From assembly GCA_030704615.1 (NCBI GenBank), contig CM060733.1:28396001-28460000 (forward strand): DNA of 64,000 nt, written 5' to 3'. The notes under the pieces are model-generated. The model saw only the letters and a list, made by a program, of their open reading frames with translations. It was not told where the DNA came from and ran no database searches. A program made the position numbers and the translations under genes. The stretch comes from Takakia lepidozioides (taxonomy: Eukaryota; Plantae; Bryophyta). The first letter of the stretch is position 1; the number at the start of each line of letters is the position of its first letter. Below, in pieces: positions 30,380-46,847 of this stretch.

Positions 30380-33300
30380 TTAGATGGGCCTCGACATAGG
30401 AGACGCACTTGGACACATAGGAAATTGCACTTGGTCTTAGGTTTCAATTCTTCACACATAGGCCAACGGCATAGGCTACACTAGAGGTCGCACTTGGGCC
30501 TCAACATAGGAGACGCACTGGGATACATAGGAGATCTTACACTTGGGCTTAGATGAAACTTGACACTTGGGCCAATGACACAGGCTACCCTAGAGGTCGC
30601 ATTTGGGCATCAACATAGGAGATGCACAAGTTTGGATACATAAGGGATTGCACTTGGACTTAGATGACACTCGACACTTGGGCCAACGGCACAACCTACA
30701 TGGAGGTCATACTTGGGCCTAGACATAGGAGACGCACTTGAATGCATAGGAGATTGCACTTGGGCTTACATGATCGTAGACACTTGGGCCAACGGCACAA
30801 GCTACCATAGTCAATATATGAAGCGAGACGTTTGTTTTGTTTTGTTTGTTTTGTTTGTAGCGTCGTTGAGATCTCCCAAACCGCGGGGCTCGAGCCCCAG
30901 TGCTTGGTGCTGTTGGAAAGCCCTCGATGAGGAGGGGTGCACCGGCTTGGTCTCGTGATTTTTGGACCCGCAGTGTGGGAGATGTGGAATTCGGAGTACT
31001 TTTGGTCGCTGGAAATTCGAGAAAAATAGCAAAACTGACGAAGTGGGCAATCCTAGGACAATGGTTGGATCCTCGAAGAGATATCAAGGGAAAGGTCTCC
31101 GGTTCAAATCTGGTCTTAGGCTTTGTGGAAAAAAACTGATTAGACTTGAATGACTTAGATGACGTTGGACACTTGGGCCAACGGCACAGGCTATCCTAGG
31201 GCCTAGACGTTGCACTTGGGCCTCGACATAGGAGACTCACTTGGATACATAGGAAATTATACTAAATACATAGGAGATTGGACTTGGGCTTAGATGACAG
31301 TGGACTATTGGGGATCTACATGGGATGCACTTGGATACATGAATAAAAGATTGCACTTGGATACATAGGAAATTACACTTGGTCTTAGATTTCAATTCTT
31401 CACATATGGGGCAAACGGCATAGGCTACACTAGAGGTCGCACTTGGGCCTCGACATAGGAGACACGCACTGGGATACATAGAAGATGTTACACTTGGGCT
31501 TCAATGACATTGGACACTTGGGCCAATAGCATAGGCTACCCTAGAGGTCGCATTTGGGCCTCGACATAGGAGACGCACTTGGATACATATGGGATTGCAC
31601 TTGGACTTAGATGACATTGGACACTTGGGCCAATGGCATAGGCTACCCTAGTCAATATATGAAGCGAGACGTTTGTTTTGTTTGTAGCGTCGTTGAGATC
31701 TCCCAAACCGCGAGGCCCCAGCCCTGGTGCTTGGTACCGTTGGAAAGCCCTCAATGAGGAGGGGTGCACGGGCTTGGTCTCATGATTTTCAGACCTGCGG
31801 TGTGGGAGATGTGGAATTTCAAGTACTTTGGGTCGCTGGAAATTCACGAAAAATAGCAAAGTGGGCTTTCCTGGCACAATGATCGGAGCCTCAAGGGGAG
31901 AGATATCAAAAAAAATGTCTCTGATTCAAATCAGGTCGTAGATTTAGTGGAAAAAAAATGATTAGACTTGGATGACTTCGATGACATTGGACACTTGGGC
32001 CAACGGCACAGGCTACCCTGGAGGTCATACTTGGGCCTAGACGTAGGAGACGCACTTGAATGCATAGGAGATTGCACTTGGGCTTACATGACCCTGGACA
32101 CTTGGGGCCAACAACACATGCTACCCTAGTCAATATATGAAGCGAGACGTTTGTTTTGTTTTGTTTTGTTTTGTCACGTTGAGATGTCCCAAACCGCAAG
32201 GCCCCAGCCCTGGTGCTTGGTACCATTGGAAAGCCCTTGACGAGGAGGGGTGCACGGGCTTGGTCTTATAATTTTTTGACCGGCGGTGTGGGAGATGTGG
32301 AATTCCAAGTACTTTGGGTTGCTGGAAGTTCACAAAAAATAGCAAAAATGGTAAAGTGGGCATTCCTGGGACAATGGTTGGAGCCTCGATGGGAGAGAAT
32401 ACAAGGGAAAGGTCTCCGGTTCAAATTTGGTCGTAGGCTTTGTGGAAAAAAACTTACTTAGATGACAATGGACACTTGGGCCAACAGCAAAGGTTACCCT
32501 AGAGGTTGCATTTGGGCCTCCACATAGGAGACGCACTTTGATACATAGGGGATTGCACTAGGACTTATATGACACTGGACACTTGGGCCAACGGCACATG
32601 CTACCATAGAGACGGATACATAGAAGATTGCACTTGGGCTTAGATGGGCCTCGACATAGGAGACGCACTGGGATACAATATAGGAAATTACACTTGGTCT
32701 TAAATTTCAATTCTTCACACATGGGCCAATGCCACAGGCCACCCTGGAGGTCACACTTGGGCCTCCACATAGGAGATGTTTGGATACATAGGAGATTGCA
32801 CTTGGGCTTAGATGACATTGGACACTTGGGCCAACGGCACATGCTACCCCAAGTACTTTTGGTCGCTGAAAATTCCAGAAAAAATAGCAAGGTGGGAATT
32901 CCTGGACAAGGGTTGGAGCTTCGACATGAGAGATATCAAGGGAAAGATCTCCGGTTCAAATCTGGTCGTAGGCTCTGTGGAAAAAAAATGATTAGATATG
33001 ACTTGCTTCATATCAATACTAGGGTAGCCTGTGTCGTTGGCCCAAGTGTCCAGTGTCATCTAAGTCCAAGTGCAATCCCCTATGTATCAAAGTGTCTCCT
33101 ATGTTGAGGCCCAAATGCAACCTCCAGGGTAGCATGTGCCATTGGCCCAAGTGTCCAAGTCCAAGTGCATCATTATATGAAGCAAGCCATATCCATTCAT
33201 TTTTTTTCCACAGAGCCTACTATCAGATTTGAACCGGAGATCTTCCCCTTGATATCTCCAAGTGCTATCCCCTATATATCCAAGTGCGTCTCCTATGTCG

Positions 33301-33460
33301 AGGCTCAAATGCGACCTCTAGGGTAGCTTGTGCCGTTGGCCCAAATGGCCAATGTCATCTAACCCCAAGTGCAAGATCTCATATGTATCCCAGTGCGTCT
33401 CCTAAGTGAGGCCCAAGTACGACCTCTAGGGTAGGCTGTGCCGTTGGCCCAAGTGTCCAC
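30380..33460. repeat. Tandem/inverted array of a non-autonomous Helitron-like family
   Basis: ~100-110-bp units containing gacacttgggccaacggcacaggctaccctag, interleaved with a ~330-bp module starting TCAATATATGAAG (~30811, ~31652, ~32130). Orientation flips at ~33015. Confidence 0.7.
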
Positions 33461-33830
33461 TGTGGTGGGCTCCGCAGGCGCAGGGCCCCAAAAAAAAACA
33501 TAAACACGAACCATAGGTATATTAATTAATAAGGACAGCATAGTAAGCTGAATAACCCAAGAGGATTCCCAAAACACCCATGTGATGGTGACATTTGTGT
33601 AATATAGTCCACCTTTGGATTGGTCAGTTGGGGTTTTCGGGGATTTCCATTCTGGCACGTGTGTGACTTGAATGAGCTCGTGGGAGTCTGTAGAGTAGGT
33701 GGATGCTGCAACTAGGTGCCACTGTGTAGTTTCCCTAATCCAAAAGTCCACATGGGTTGGGCTCGATCCTCATTTAGTCACCATGACAGTGCAAGCAGGT
33801 AGGCCACCAGCCAAGTGTTAGCTCGATACC

Positions 33831-34291
33831 TGTATATTTGTTATTCTTCAAACTTAATCGTTGGGTAGATGACCAAATCGCCTTCCGTTGCTCGAGCTTG
33901 TGCTACAGGGATGCCCGAGTGTAGCTGATGGTATCCGATGTCATGCGGTCCTCCATTCCGGAATCGCATGAAGCATAACAGGACTGGTCCTTGCCCATGC
34001 ATAAATTCGTCCAACCTGTTAATTTTGTGGTGCTGGCCAGTGTGGGTAGTGGCTCCATCATGTTCTTTGAAACATAAGTCTTTGGAGAGGCCAAGCTTTC
34101 TCCAAAAGAGGTGCTCTCATCCTAGCAATTTTCTCATGACTTCCCTTGGAGCTAACTTGTGTGAATAAGAAGAGCTTGGATGGGGAATAACATCTTGCTG
34201 TGTCCTATGGTTGGGTGGAGGGCTCTCAGTAATTCATTTCATCTTTCATCCCTATTTTCTGTCAAATTCCAATACCTAGTCTAATGGTAAC
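33831..34291 (-). mobile_element. Possible LTR followed by a degenerate tRNA-Met PBS
   Basis: The minus strand reads TGTTACC...TATACA and then GGTATCGAGC (compare TGGTATCAGAGC). No second LTR or clear gag. Confidence 0.3.
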
Positions 34292-34949
34292 ACACTAGTA
34301 GTATGTTGGAGCAGGAGTTTTGGTTTCAAAGGGAAAAAGCAGGAGTTAGTTTCACATATATGAATATTGGGCACATCGAGAAGAGGAATTCTCTTTTTTT
34401 ATCTTTTTTATCTTTTTTTAAAAAAATAACGGGAAGTGGCACTTCTCGCTCACAAATCATGCCCCTTAACTGAGTGAGAGGAGAAAATAACCTCTTTCAC
34501 AGTGAACTCGAGGCTTGCTCACATGGAACACCGCTCAAGGGAGTTCCCTTTTGAGAGTAGGAATTCTCTTTCTCCGGCACCCTAGCTTTCAATTTAATTC
34601 ACATCGGTCCAACCATACTCATGAGCGTGTTTTCATGAAAGGGGTGTCACAACCTTGCAACATGATTCCCTTCATTCCCACAGCCAACCCCGGATACGAG
34701 GTGCCTTATACCGTTGGAAATTGCACAAATGGAAAACAAATCACTCACCAACCACAATTGATCAAATCTGTGGATGAGACAGTTTAGGATACACACTTTG
34801 ACATTCACACTCACAACTGGTTACTAAGCTAAGGAATAAGAGAGCCTGGAGTAAGTGGGCCTGAAGACTATCAAACCATGACATCAACCTATCTTTAAAT
34901 GTTGTTCCTTTAGGAACAATTGTACAAGTGGGTTCAGTTGATGGCCCAT

Positions 34950-39396
<4,447 letters not shown>

Positions 39397-40919
39397 GATG
39401 ATGGTCCTTCCTTCTCAGCTACTATCTCTTCCGGATCTTACAGATACTCTTAAAAGCAGTCAGAAACGTTCAACATTCAGCAAGAAACTCCCTCCTCGAT
39501 TTCTCTGATTTTCACCGATGATAAGTGGAACTCCAACCACAATTCGACGTCATGAACAGAAATCTCCTGACTACAAGCCTCCCAACCGTCACAAATTTCC
39601 TGCATCCCACAGACATAAACGCATATGAGAGCATTGTATCAGATCAAATTCCAAAACACCAAAGCAGCCACAAATGCACGTCAAATCATACGGACTTCAT
39701 CGCCACTCTGAGCAGCGAGAAAATCCTGGAATCCAGACCAAGACTCGGAGGACGCAAGGCAGAAGGAAACAAGACTCTTACAAAGACAAATTCAGCTGAA
39801 ATTCCCCTCCCTCTCCACCAGCGGTGAGCTAGCCGAACTCCTCTACAAACGTCGGTGCTGATTCCTCCCTTCCCGGAGGATCACGGGCAGCGGCGCAGAG
39901 AGAGAGTGTGGGAGAAGATCACGTCGGAAGTTGAAGGAGAGCGCTGGCTGCTCCAGGTCCGCAACCATAGGCCAACGGAGCACACGTGCATGGACCATTG
40001 AATTGGATGGCAGGGGCGATGCATGTACATGGTCCTTGTGGATGACATTCTTATGGTCTGGGTTCCCTTGGAATACCCATTGGCCCCACACCTGCCATCG
40101 GATGAATGAAAATGCTTTATGATAGGGCTAGTCATCCGGTACACCGCTACTTTTGGTTCGGCTTTGGATGGACAGAATAATCCCTTGGTTAATTTGCGAA
40201 ACCTTATCCACAACTTCACTCATCCCATGTGTTAATTCATTTAAGGTCCCCCCCTCACGGGAATATGCCTCGAAATGCTCCAGCTCAAATCCGCAGAATG
40301 TTTTTGCCTCGAAATACTCCCTCTCAAATTGGAGGAACATTCTGCAGATTGGACCATTCTGGAGGGGCCTTCCCCTACAGGTAACCGGTTTTGGTGTTAT
40401 TAAGGTTTTTTCCTAAACGTTATGAGCTGGTTCTGTCATATCGACGGCCCATATTCAGTAGATTGTAGCCGTTTGTAGTAATGTTGATAATCGGTGGGGA
40501 GACACCGGTTACGCTCTGGAACGGGTCCGGTGGAGCCCATTCCACCCTACCGGAATGCAGGCTCGCCCCTACGGGCTCACCACGTTCCTAGGTGGAACGG
40601 TTCCATAATACGTAATACAATTCCACCCAAATCCTTTCCGAAACGCTCGGATAAAAGCACCGTGGGAGTTGACAGTCGAGAAAACATTATGAAAAATTTA
40701 AAAGTTGAATCTGAGGTTTGCAGTTTTGCACGATTGATTCAAGGGCCCATATCACTATTTGTGTTTTTTAAAAGAAGAATTTTTATTTTTATTTTTTATT
40801 TCGGAGCCTTGGTCATGAAATTGTAAATCAAGGAAAAATAATTTTTTGCGGGGAACCACCCCCTACCTTCCATACCTCTAAAGGCAGGAGAGAGAGAGAG
40901 AGGTGTTTTCAACCACCCA

Positions 40920-41135
40920 CTAGGGTAGCATGTACCGTTGGCCCAAGTGTCTAGTGTCATCTAAGCCCAAGTGCAATCTCCTATGCATCCAAGTGCGACC
41001 TCTGGGGTAGCCTATGCCATTGCACCAAGTGTATAGTGTCATCTAAGCCCATGGACAATCTCCTATGTATCCAAGTGTGTCTCCTATGTCGAGGCCCAAG
41101 TGTGACCTCTAAGGTAGCCTGTGTGCTGTTGGCTC
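40920..41135 (-). repeat. Helitron-like 3' end and repeat units
   Basis: The minus strand ends ...gggccaacggtacatgctaccCTAG|T; same unit as 30380-33460. Confidence 0.65.
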
Positions 41136-41479
41136 AATTTTCGGAAGGCTCTTGGGAGAGAACTTTCCACGGCGTAAATACCGAGGAATGCCTATGTGTC
41201 AATTTTCCTGTGGTCTTATCTTCCATAGGGCATATTCTTGGATAGCTCGTGTTCTTCGATAGCTCGTTCATTGCAGATGGTGAATGAAGGTAGCCTTAGT
41301 GATAACCTTTCTCATGAGGCCCATTACAGTCCATCATTTGACCTTGGTGTATCTCAATTTTGTACATCAACGATGGTTGGAGATAATCTTGTGCCCTTAC
41401 CTTTCGGAACACCTCATTTGTCGGAGAAAGCAACATTGTCATGTCACATACGTGATCAGGTTATCTCTGCAAGCGTTCT

Positions 41480-42830
41480 TCAAACTCAAAAGCAAACGTC
41501 CTAGATCTGCTGAGGAACCTATTATTACAAAAGATAAGAAACCAAGGTTCAGAGATCTGGACATCACTGAGGTGAGCAATGTGGAGAATGGTGGAAGACG
41601 CCTGAGTAAGCACAGTGAAAGCCGGGCACGGAAAGCTTTCAATGATTGGAGGATATGTGCAGGATATTCTACAAAAGAAACAATCGATGAGCTTTCAGAA
41701 CATGATGACGTCAAACCATTTGTTAATATGCTCACAAATTTTGATGTTACTGCAAGTTGCTTAAGAAAGACATATCTTTATATCCACCAACTAGGTACGT
41801 ACATTACAATGGATCCAGTACATCATTAGATGAAATGATTTGTTTTATGATTAGTAGTTGTCTTTCCTCCTAAATAGTTTGTCATGTAGGATCTATTTTT
41901 TAACAGTATCCAAGTTATGATGCGAGCAATTGGGAGGATAATCAGATCAAGACAGGCACAAAAGATTGTTGAGACACATGGTATTCACACTCTCTTTCAA
42001 CATTTTCACAGATGCTCGATAAATAATAGAGAAGAGTGACGTGTTTTCAAATGTAGAAGAGGCCACTATGTTAAGCCTTCCAGAGTGTCAGATCAATATT
42101 CCTGAATGATGTAATCATAGGTTCTCTTATTTCGCAACATGAAAATTTTTCGTGCGTGGGGGCATTGAACTCCGAGCTCTTAATGATCAAGATTTTGATC
42201 TCCTTATGGATATCAATGGCGAGTTATTGAGGTACTTCCACTATATGAAATTGATCTTTAAGCGGTTCTAGATAAATAACATAATCTCCGGATCTGTCAG
42301 AGTAGATGTTTCATTTGAGGCTAGTTGTCACTTCCCTTTTGTGTCAACTGCTGTTATTTTTTATAATTACTCTAGGTCACTTCTAATTACTATGTGCAAT
42401 GGCTTAATGTGCTAATTCCTCATTCAATGTGCACTTTGTGTCGTGCATATCTTTCTACTCGTGTGTAGGTTTTCTCAAAACGTCATCAAAGAACTGGAAA
42501 CTTGATGTTCAAAGATGCTCAACAGACTGCAACCATAGACCACCTGTCGTGTGTCATATTCCGGATGTAATGATCACCTACAAAGCTCTAGTTATGGAAC
42601 ATAGACCTCGTTGGACAGCATCTGAGCCCGGTCCTCACGCTCTTTTCTTAACTTCTCTCAACAAATGGAGACGTAAGGATGCGGTTTGGTTCAGCAAAGC
42701 AAGATTGATATGCTTCAAAGCTACTTTGATGGCAGCTTCTGGGAAAGTGCTGATGGTCATGAGGTGTTTTCAGATGCCATGGAAGTTCAAGTTACTAATT
42801 ATGTTAGTTCTTCGTATCATGTGGGGCACA
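41480..42830 (+). pseudogene. Crypton-like (DUF3504-type) tyrosine recombinase relic
   Basis: Peptides RFRDL...RARKAFNDW...IDEL...MLTNF, LYPPT (~41780), FFVRGGIELRALNDQDF (~42147-42197), SSKNWK and DAVWFSK appear in the order expected for Crypton/DUF3504 proteins. Broken by introns and frameshifts. Confidence 0.6.
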
Positions 42831-43504
42831 ATTTTCTAATCTACAAAACTACCACATTACTTTGAATATTACATATCCAGGTGCTGCAAGAGAAATTTTG
42901 AAGAATGTGGGAAACGGATGGATTCACTATAGTTACTATGTAAACAATTTGTTGACATACTTTACTGATATGTGGGATTCATTGGATTTTTACATAGATA
43001 CTATTTTCCCATTTTTGGGAATTTACTTGATATTACTATTTGAGCCTTTCAAGGGAATTTACTTCACACTATCTGCCTTTTCAGTGGTCCAAATGTAAAT
43101 TGACTTTGGATTGATTTTATTAGTTTTTACATTGTAAGATTGAAATTTATGATCAGGGTGCCACGTCTTTATTCACACTACGCAGGTATTTACAACGTAA
43201 AGAACTGTCCAGAATTTTCCTATATGATTCAAAGTCCCTTCTTGATGGGAATATGCCTCGAAATACTCCCGCCCAAATTGGAGGAACGTTCTACAGATTG
43301 GACGATTCTCCAGGGGCCTTCCCCTACACATAAAACACTTTGAGATTTTTCTCGTTGGTATTATATGCTCTTTCCAGAGCATATTGGCGCGCTTGGCCAG
43401 GGCGGTGCAATCCACACCGGTGGAATGCCCTGGTACGCGAAGGCGATGTATTTCACTCCGATGGAATGCATTGCCATACTTTTTTTTTTGTTGCACGTGT
43501 TCTG

Positions 43505-45802
43505 CACCTAAGCATCGTGCCACAATATACATCGTTGTCCACCATACAATCTAAGTACACAATCCTAGAAAACTATATCACAATCATAATGAAAGTGAAC
43601 ATAATGGAAACCCTCCACTCATGAATCCACCCAATCACATAAACTAAGTCAAGCCAAGGGCACCCTTGCTAAGGGAATCCCCCCTACAAAGCCCTCACCA
43701 CACTCCTTTTCAATACCTAGAGTTATGGAGGTGAGAGAGGCTATGGAGGCTCAACTACAAGAAGATGAGCCTCCTCCATCCTCACAAGGGGAAAACCTAT
43801 CCACATGTCCCAAGTGAGGCTCGACACCTCACTTGGCATGTGAGACCAAATGAAGTCCCAACACACAAAATACAAATATAAATATCCAAAATGTCCTAGT
43901 TAACTAGAAGTAGGTAATTCTAGTTAACCATGACTAAAACCATGACAGCTGTCGTGCACCTAAGCATTGTGCCACAACATACATCGCTGTCCACCATACA
44001 ATCTAATCACACAATCTTAGAAAGCTATACCACAATCCGCCCCCTAGCTGGTGATTAGGTCCCTCTAACACCGGATAGCTGACAAATATCCATCCCAATA
44101 AGATTATCGCTTAGTCATCAATCGCCCAAGTCTCAGTATCTGAATGCAATAGATCAAGAGGTCAGGTGCAAAAGTAGCCACATCGTTACTCGTCTTCCTG
44201 CAATCCATGGCTTCAATTGGGTGTCCATGGCAATGAACTCCCGTTAGCTAGACCTTGGATCATTTGTCAACCTCACCATTGTCATGTCCCACTACCTCTA
44301 TCCAAAAACAAGAAAAAATCATTCGGATGGGTGAACAATGATGGTCTGACTGGTCATTACCCCAGCCTCACCACCGATAGCACGCTCTAGGATTGATCGG
44401 TGATCAAATCCGGACCAACCTCCTATGAAAACAAGCGCACACACAAAACTAACATGACGCACAGTCAAGCATGCAGGTGTGGAGGGGATCCAAGCACAAG
44501 AAAATCAAAACAGTAACTCCTCCACACCAAAAACATTCCACAGTGTCGCTCCTGCAAGACATCCCAGCCCAAACCCGGACTGACTCTTGCCTCTACCTAC
44601 GGAAAGTTTTGGCCTATAGAGAGGGTGGAAAACTATAAGGAAGAGAAAATAAAGCAATTCCTATCACAACATGCTCTCATCCAGAAGATTTAAGTCCCTT
44701 CACTTGCTAGCTCAAGAGTCGTGCTCTCATCAAGCTTAAGGTTGAAACCCCAACTCAAACATGTGCTCTACAAATGCTTTTCCTTCACCCAAGTGGAAAC
44801 CAGCCATTTTCTTTTCTTCTTGCTCTCTAAGGCTTGAAAATAGAAGCCTCAATGGGCTGAAAACATGCTCCACATAAGCATCATCTCATACATAAAGGAA
44901 TGAACTTGTTCCCTTCACATTCTAGCTCTTCTCAAGCTTGAAGTTGGAAGCCGCACTTGGAAAGCATGCTTCACACATGCGCCACTTACTTGGTCAACCA
45001 CTTGCTTCTCCAAGAGCAATCAAAGAACTCATAGAATTAGGAAAACCACTCCTTTCTAGCGCCTTAGCTTGCTTGTTTGTCAACCAAATGAAACCCCACT
45101 TGGCTTCATTTCACCATGGATAAAACAAAAACTTCTTAGCTTCTCTTGAGCTACTCAATGCTCTTCAACCTATCATTGTTGTACTCCTTCTATGGTGTTT
45201 CTAACACAAGCATGTGCCGCTCTTTAGCTTCTCTTTCACACCATGAACAACTAGAGCTTGCTCTTGAAACCCTAGTGTCTATCTTCTCCACACACAAGAC
45301 GTTTCTCTTGTGATGCAAGAGCTCTTTTCCAAGCTCTCAAACCCTTGGTGCACAATAATGCTTTTACAAACACTCAATGCATTTTTTTCACCATAGAAGC
45401 CACTTCCTTGGCAAATGGTTGTCACAACACTTGAGATACAAGAGATGACGCTCATTCTTCTCAAACTTTCAAATCTTTTGCTTCCACACACACAAGACTT
45501 TCTCCCTGCAATACTTGCAAAGTTTTGTAACTCAAGAGCTCTCTCCTTGAGCTCTCCACCTCCTTGATGCAATGCGAACACACTCTCCCTTGCAACACCT
45601 TGTAAGCTTTGTGAGATACTTGAGCTTTTCCTAGCTCCCTCACTCCTTGGTGTACACCACACCAACACAAGTGCAAAACTATCCTTACACTCCGCACTCA
45701 TAAGCATAAGGTCATCTTCTTGTAGTGATAATGAAAGTGAACATAATGGAAACCCTCCACTCATGAATCCACTCAATCACATAAACTAAGTCAAGCCAAG
45801 GG
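43505..45802 (-). mobile_element. Non-coding LTR retroelement with self-complementary PBS
   Basis: 3' LTR at 43584-44034 (minus strand starts TGTGG), preceded by the PPT AGGGGGCGGA. A truncated 5' LTR at 45726-45802 is near-identical to 43584-43660, and an extra LTR piece lies at 43505-43582. No gag/pol ORF in the ~1.7-kb interior. Confidence 0.8.
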
Positions 45803-46083
45803 TTTTGCCTTGATTTTCGGGCATTCCCATGGGCTCCTGCCCTCGGGCCAGTGCCCTTATATTGAGGAATGCCCGACACGAGGGGCCTTCCCCTATACGT
45901 AAAACAATTCCACCCAATCCTTTCCGAACCGCTCGGGTAAAAGCACCGTGGGAGGTGATAATCAAGAAAACATTATGAAAAATTTAAAATTTGAAGGTGA
46001 GGTTTGCAGTTACCATTGATTCAAAGGCCCATATCACTATTAGTGTTTTTCTTAAATAAGAAATTTTATGTTTATTTTTTTAT

Positions 46084-46720
46084 GGAAGACAATAGGAATA
46101 ATGTAAGAACTTAATGGACACGTGTGATCTGCCGGTACTTTTGCCGGCAGCCTGGGCTCCTCTGACGGGCCCCCTGTCAAATCCTCCCCACCCCCTCTTA
46201 CCTTAGTTTCACTATTAAATACTTAAGAATCCAAGTGGGTTGCAAGTTGTGGTGGGTAGCATGATGGTAAGGTGATAGCGTTGTAGGTGACAAGGTTCAA
46301 GTTCGATTCTTGATGGGAGGCGCCTGTAGTATAACTTGGTAGTGTAACCCTCCAATCAGTGTAACCCTCTGTAACCCCGGTTTCTCATGTAACTCTAGTT
46401 ACTCCATTTTATACTTAACCAAATTTGGACTTAGTCAAATTTCAAGACCATATGTGAGTTACACCGAGAGGAGTTACACGCCTCGTCGTGTAACCCAATG
46501 TGACCCCAAGTGGAGTTACACACGTCGTCGTGTAACCCGATGTAACCCCAAGTGGAGTTACACACCTCGTCGTGTAACCTTGACTCGAGTTTACTCTCCT
46601 TCAGTTCCATGTCACCCTCAAGAGAGGGTGGGGAAGATTTGACATGCCGGAAACCGGCGTACCATCCTGTCAGAGTTTGCACGTGTGCATTAAGTTTTTA
46701 CATTATTCCTATTATCTTCT
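46084..46720 (-). mobile_element. 33-bp-TIR MITE, third copy (inverted)
   Basis: TIRs at 46084 and ending at 46720; reverse complement of 2072-2705. An empty-site paralogue lies at ~40770-40810. Confidence 0.88.
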
Positions 46721-46847
46721 TCATTTATTTATTTCGAAGCCCTGGTCATGAAATTTTAAATCAAGGAAAAATAATGTTTTGCGGGGAACCCCCCTACCTT
46801 CCATACCTCTAAAGGCAAGAGAGAGAGAGGGTATTTTCAACTACCCA

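Noticed and set aside
30713-33308. Many overlapping short ORFs (also 46931-49221)
   Set aside because: Products of the non-coding Helitron-like repeat.
30380-33460. CRISPR-like array
   Set aside because: Whole units repeat with no unique spacers; the context is eukaryotic and no cas genes are present.
45279-45776. 165-aa ORF as a gag gene
   Set aside because: It starts inside the LTR and has no gag or zinc-knuckle motifs.
46075-46730. TSD for the third MITE copy
   Set aside because: The flanks are T-rich and only partly match, so TSD length cannot be fixed.
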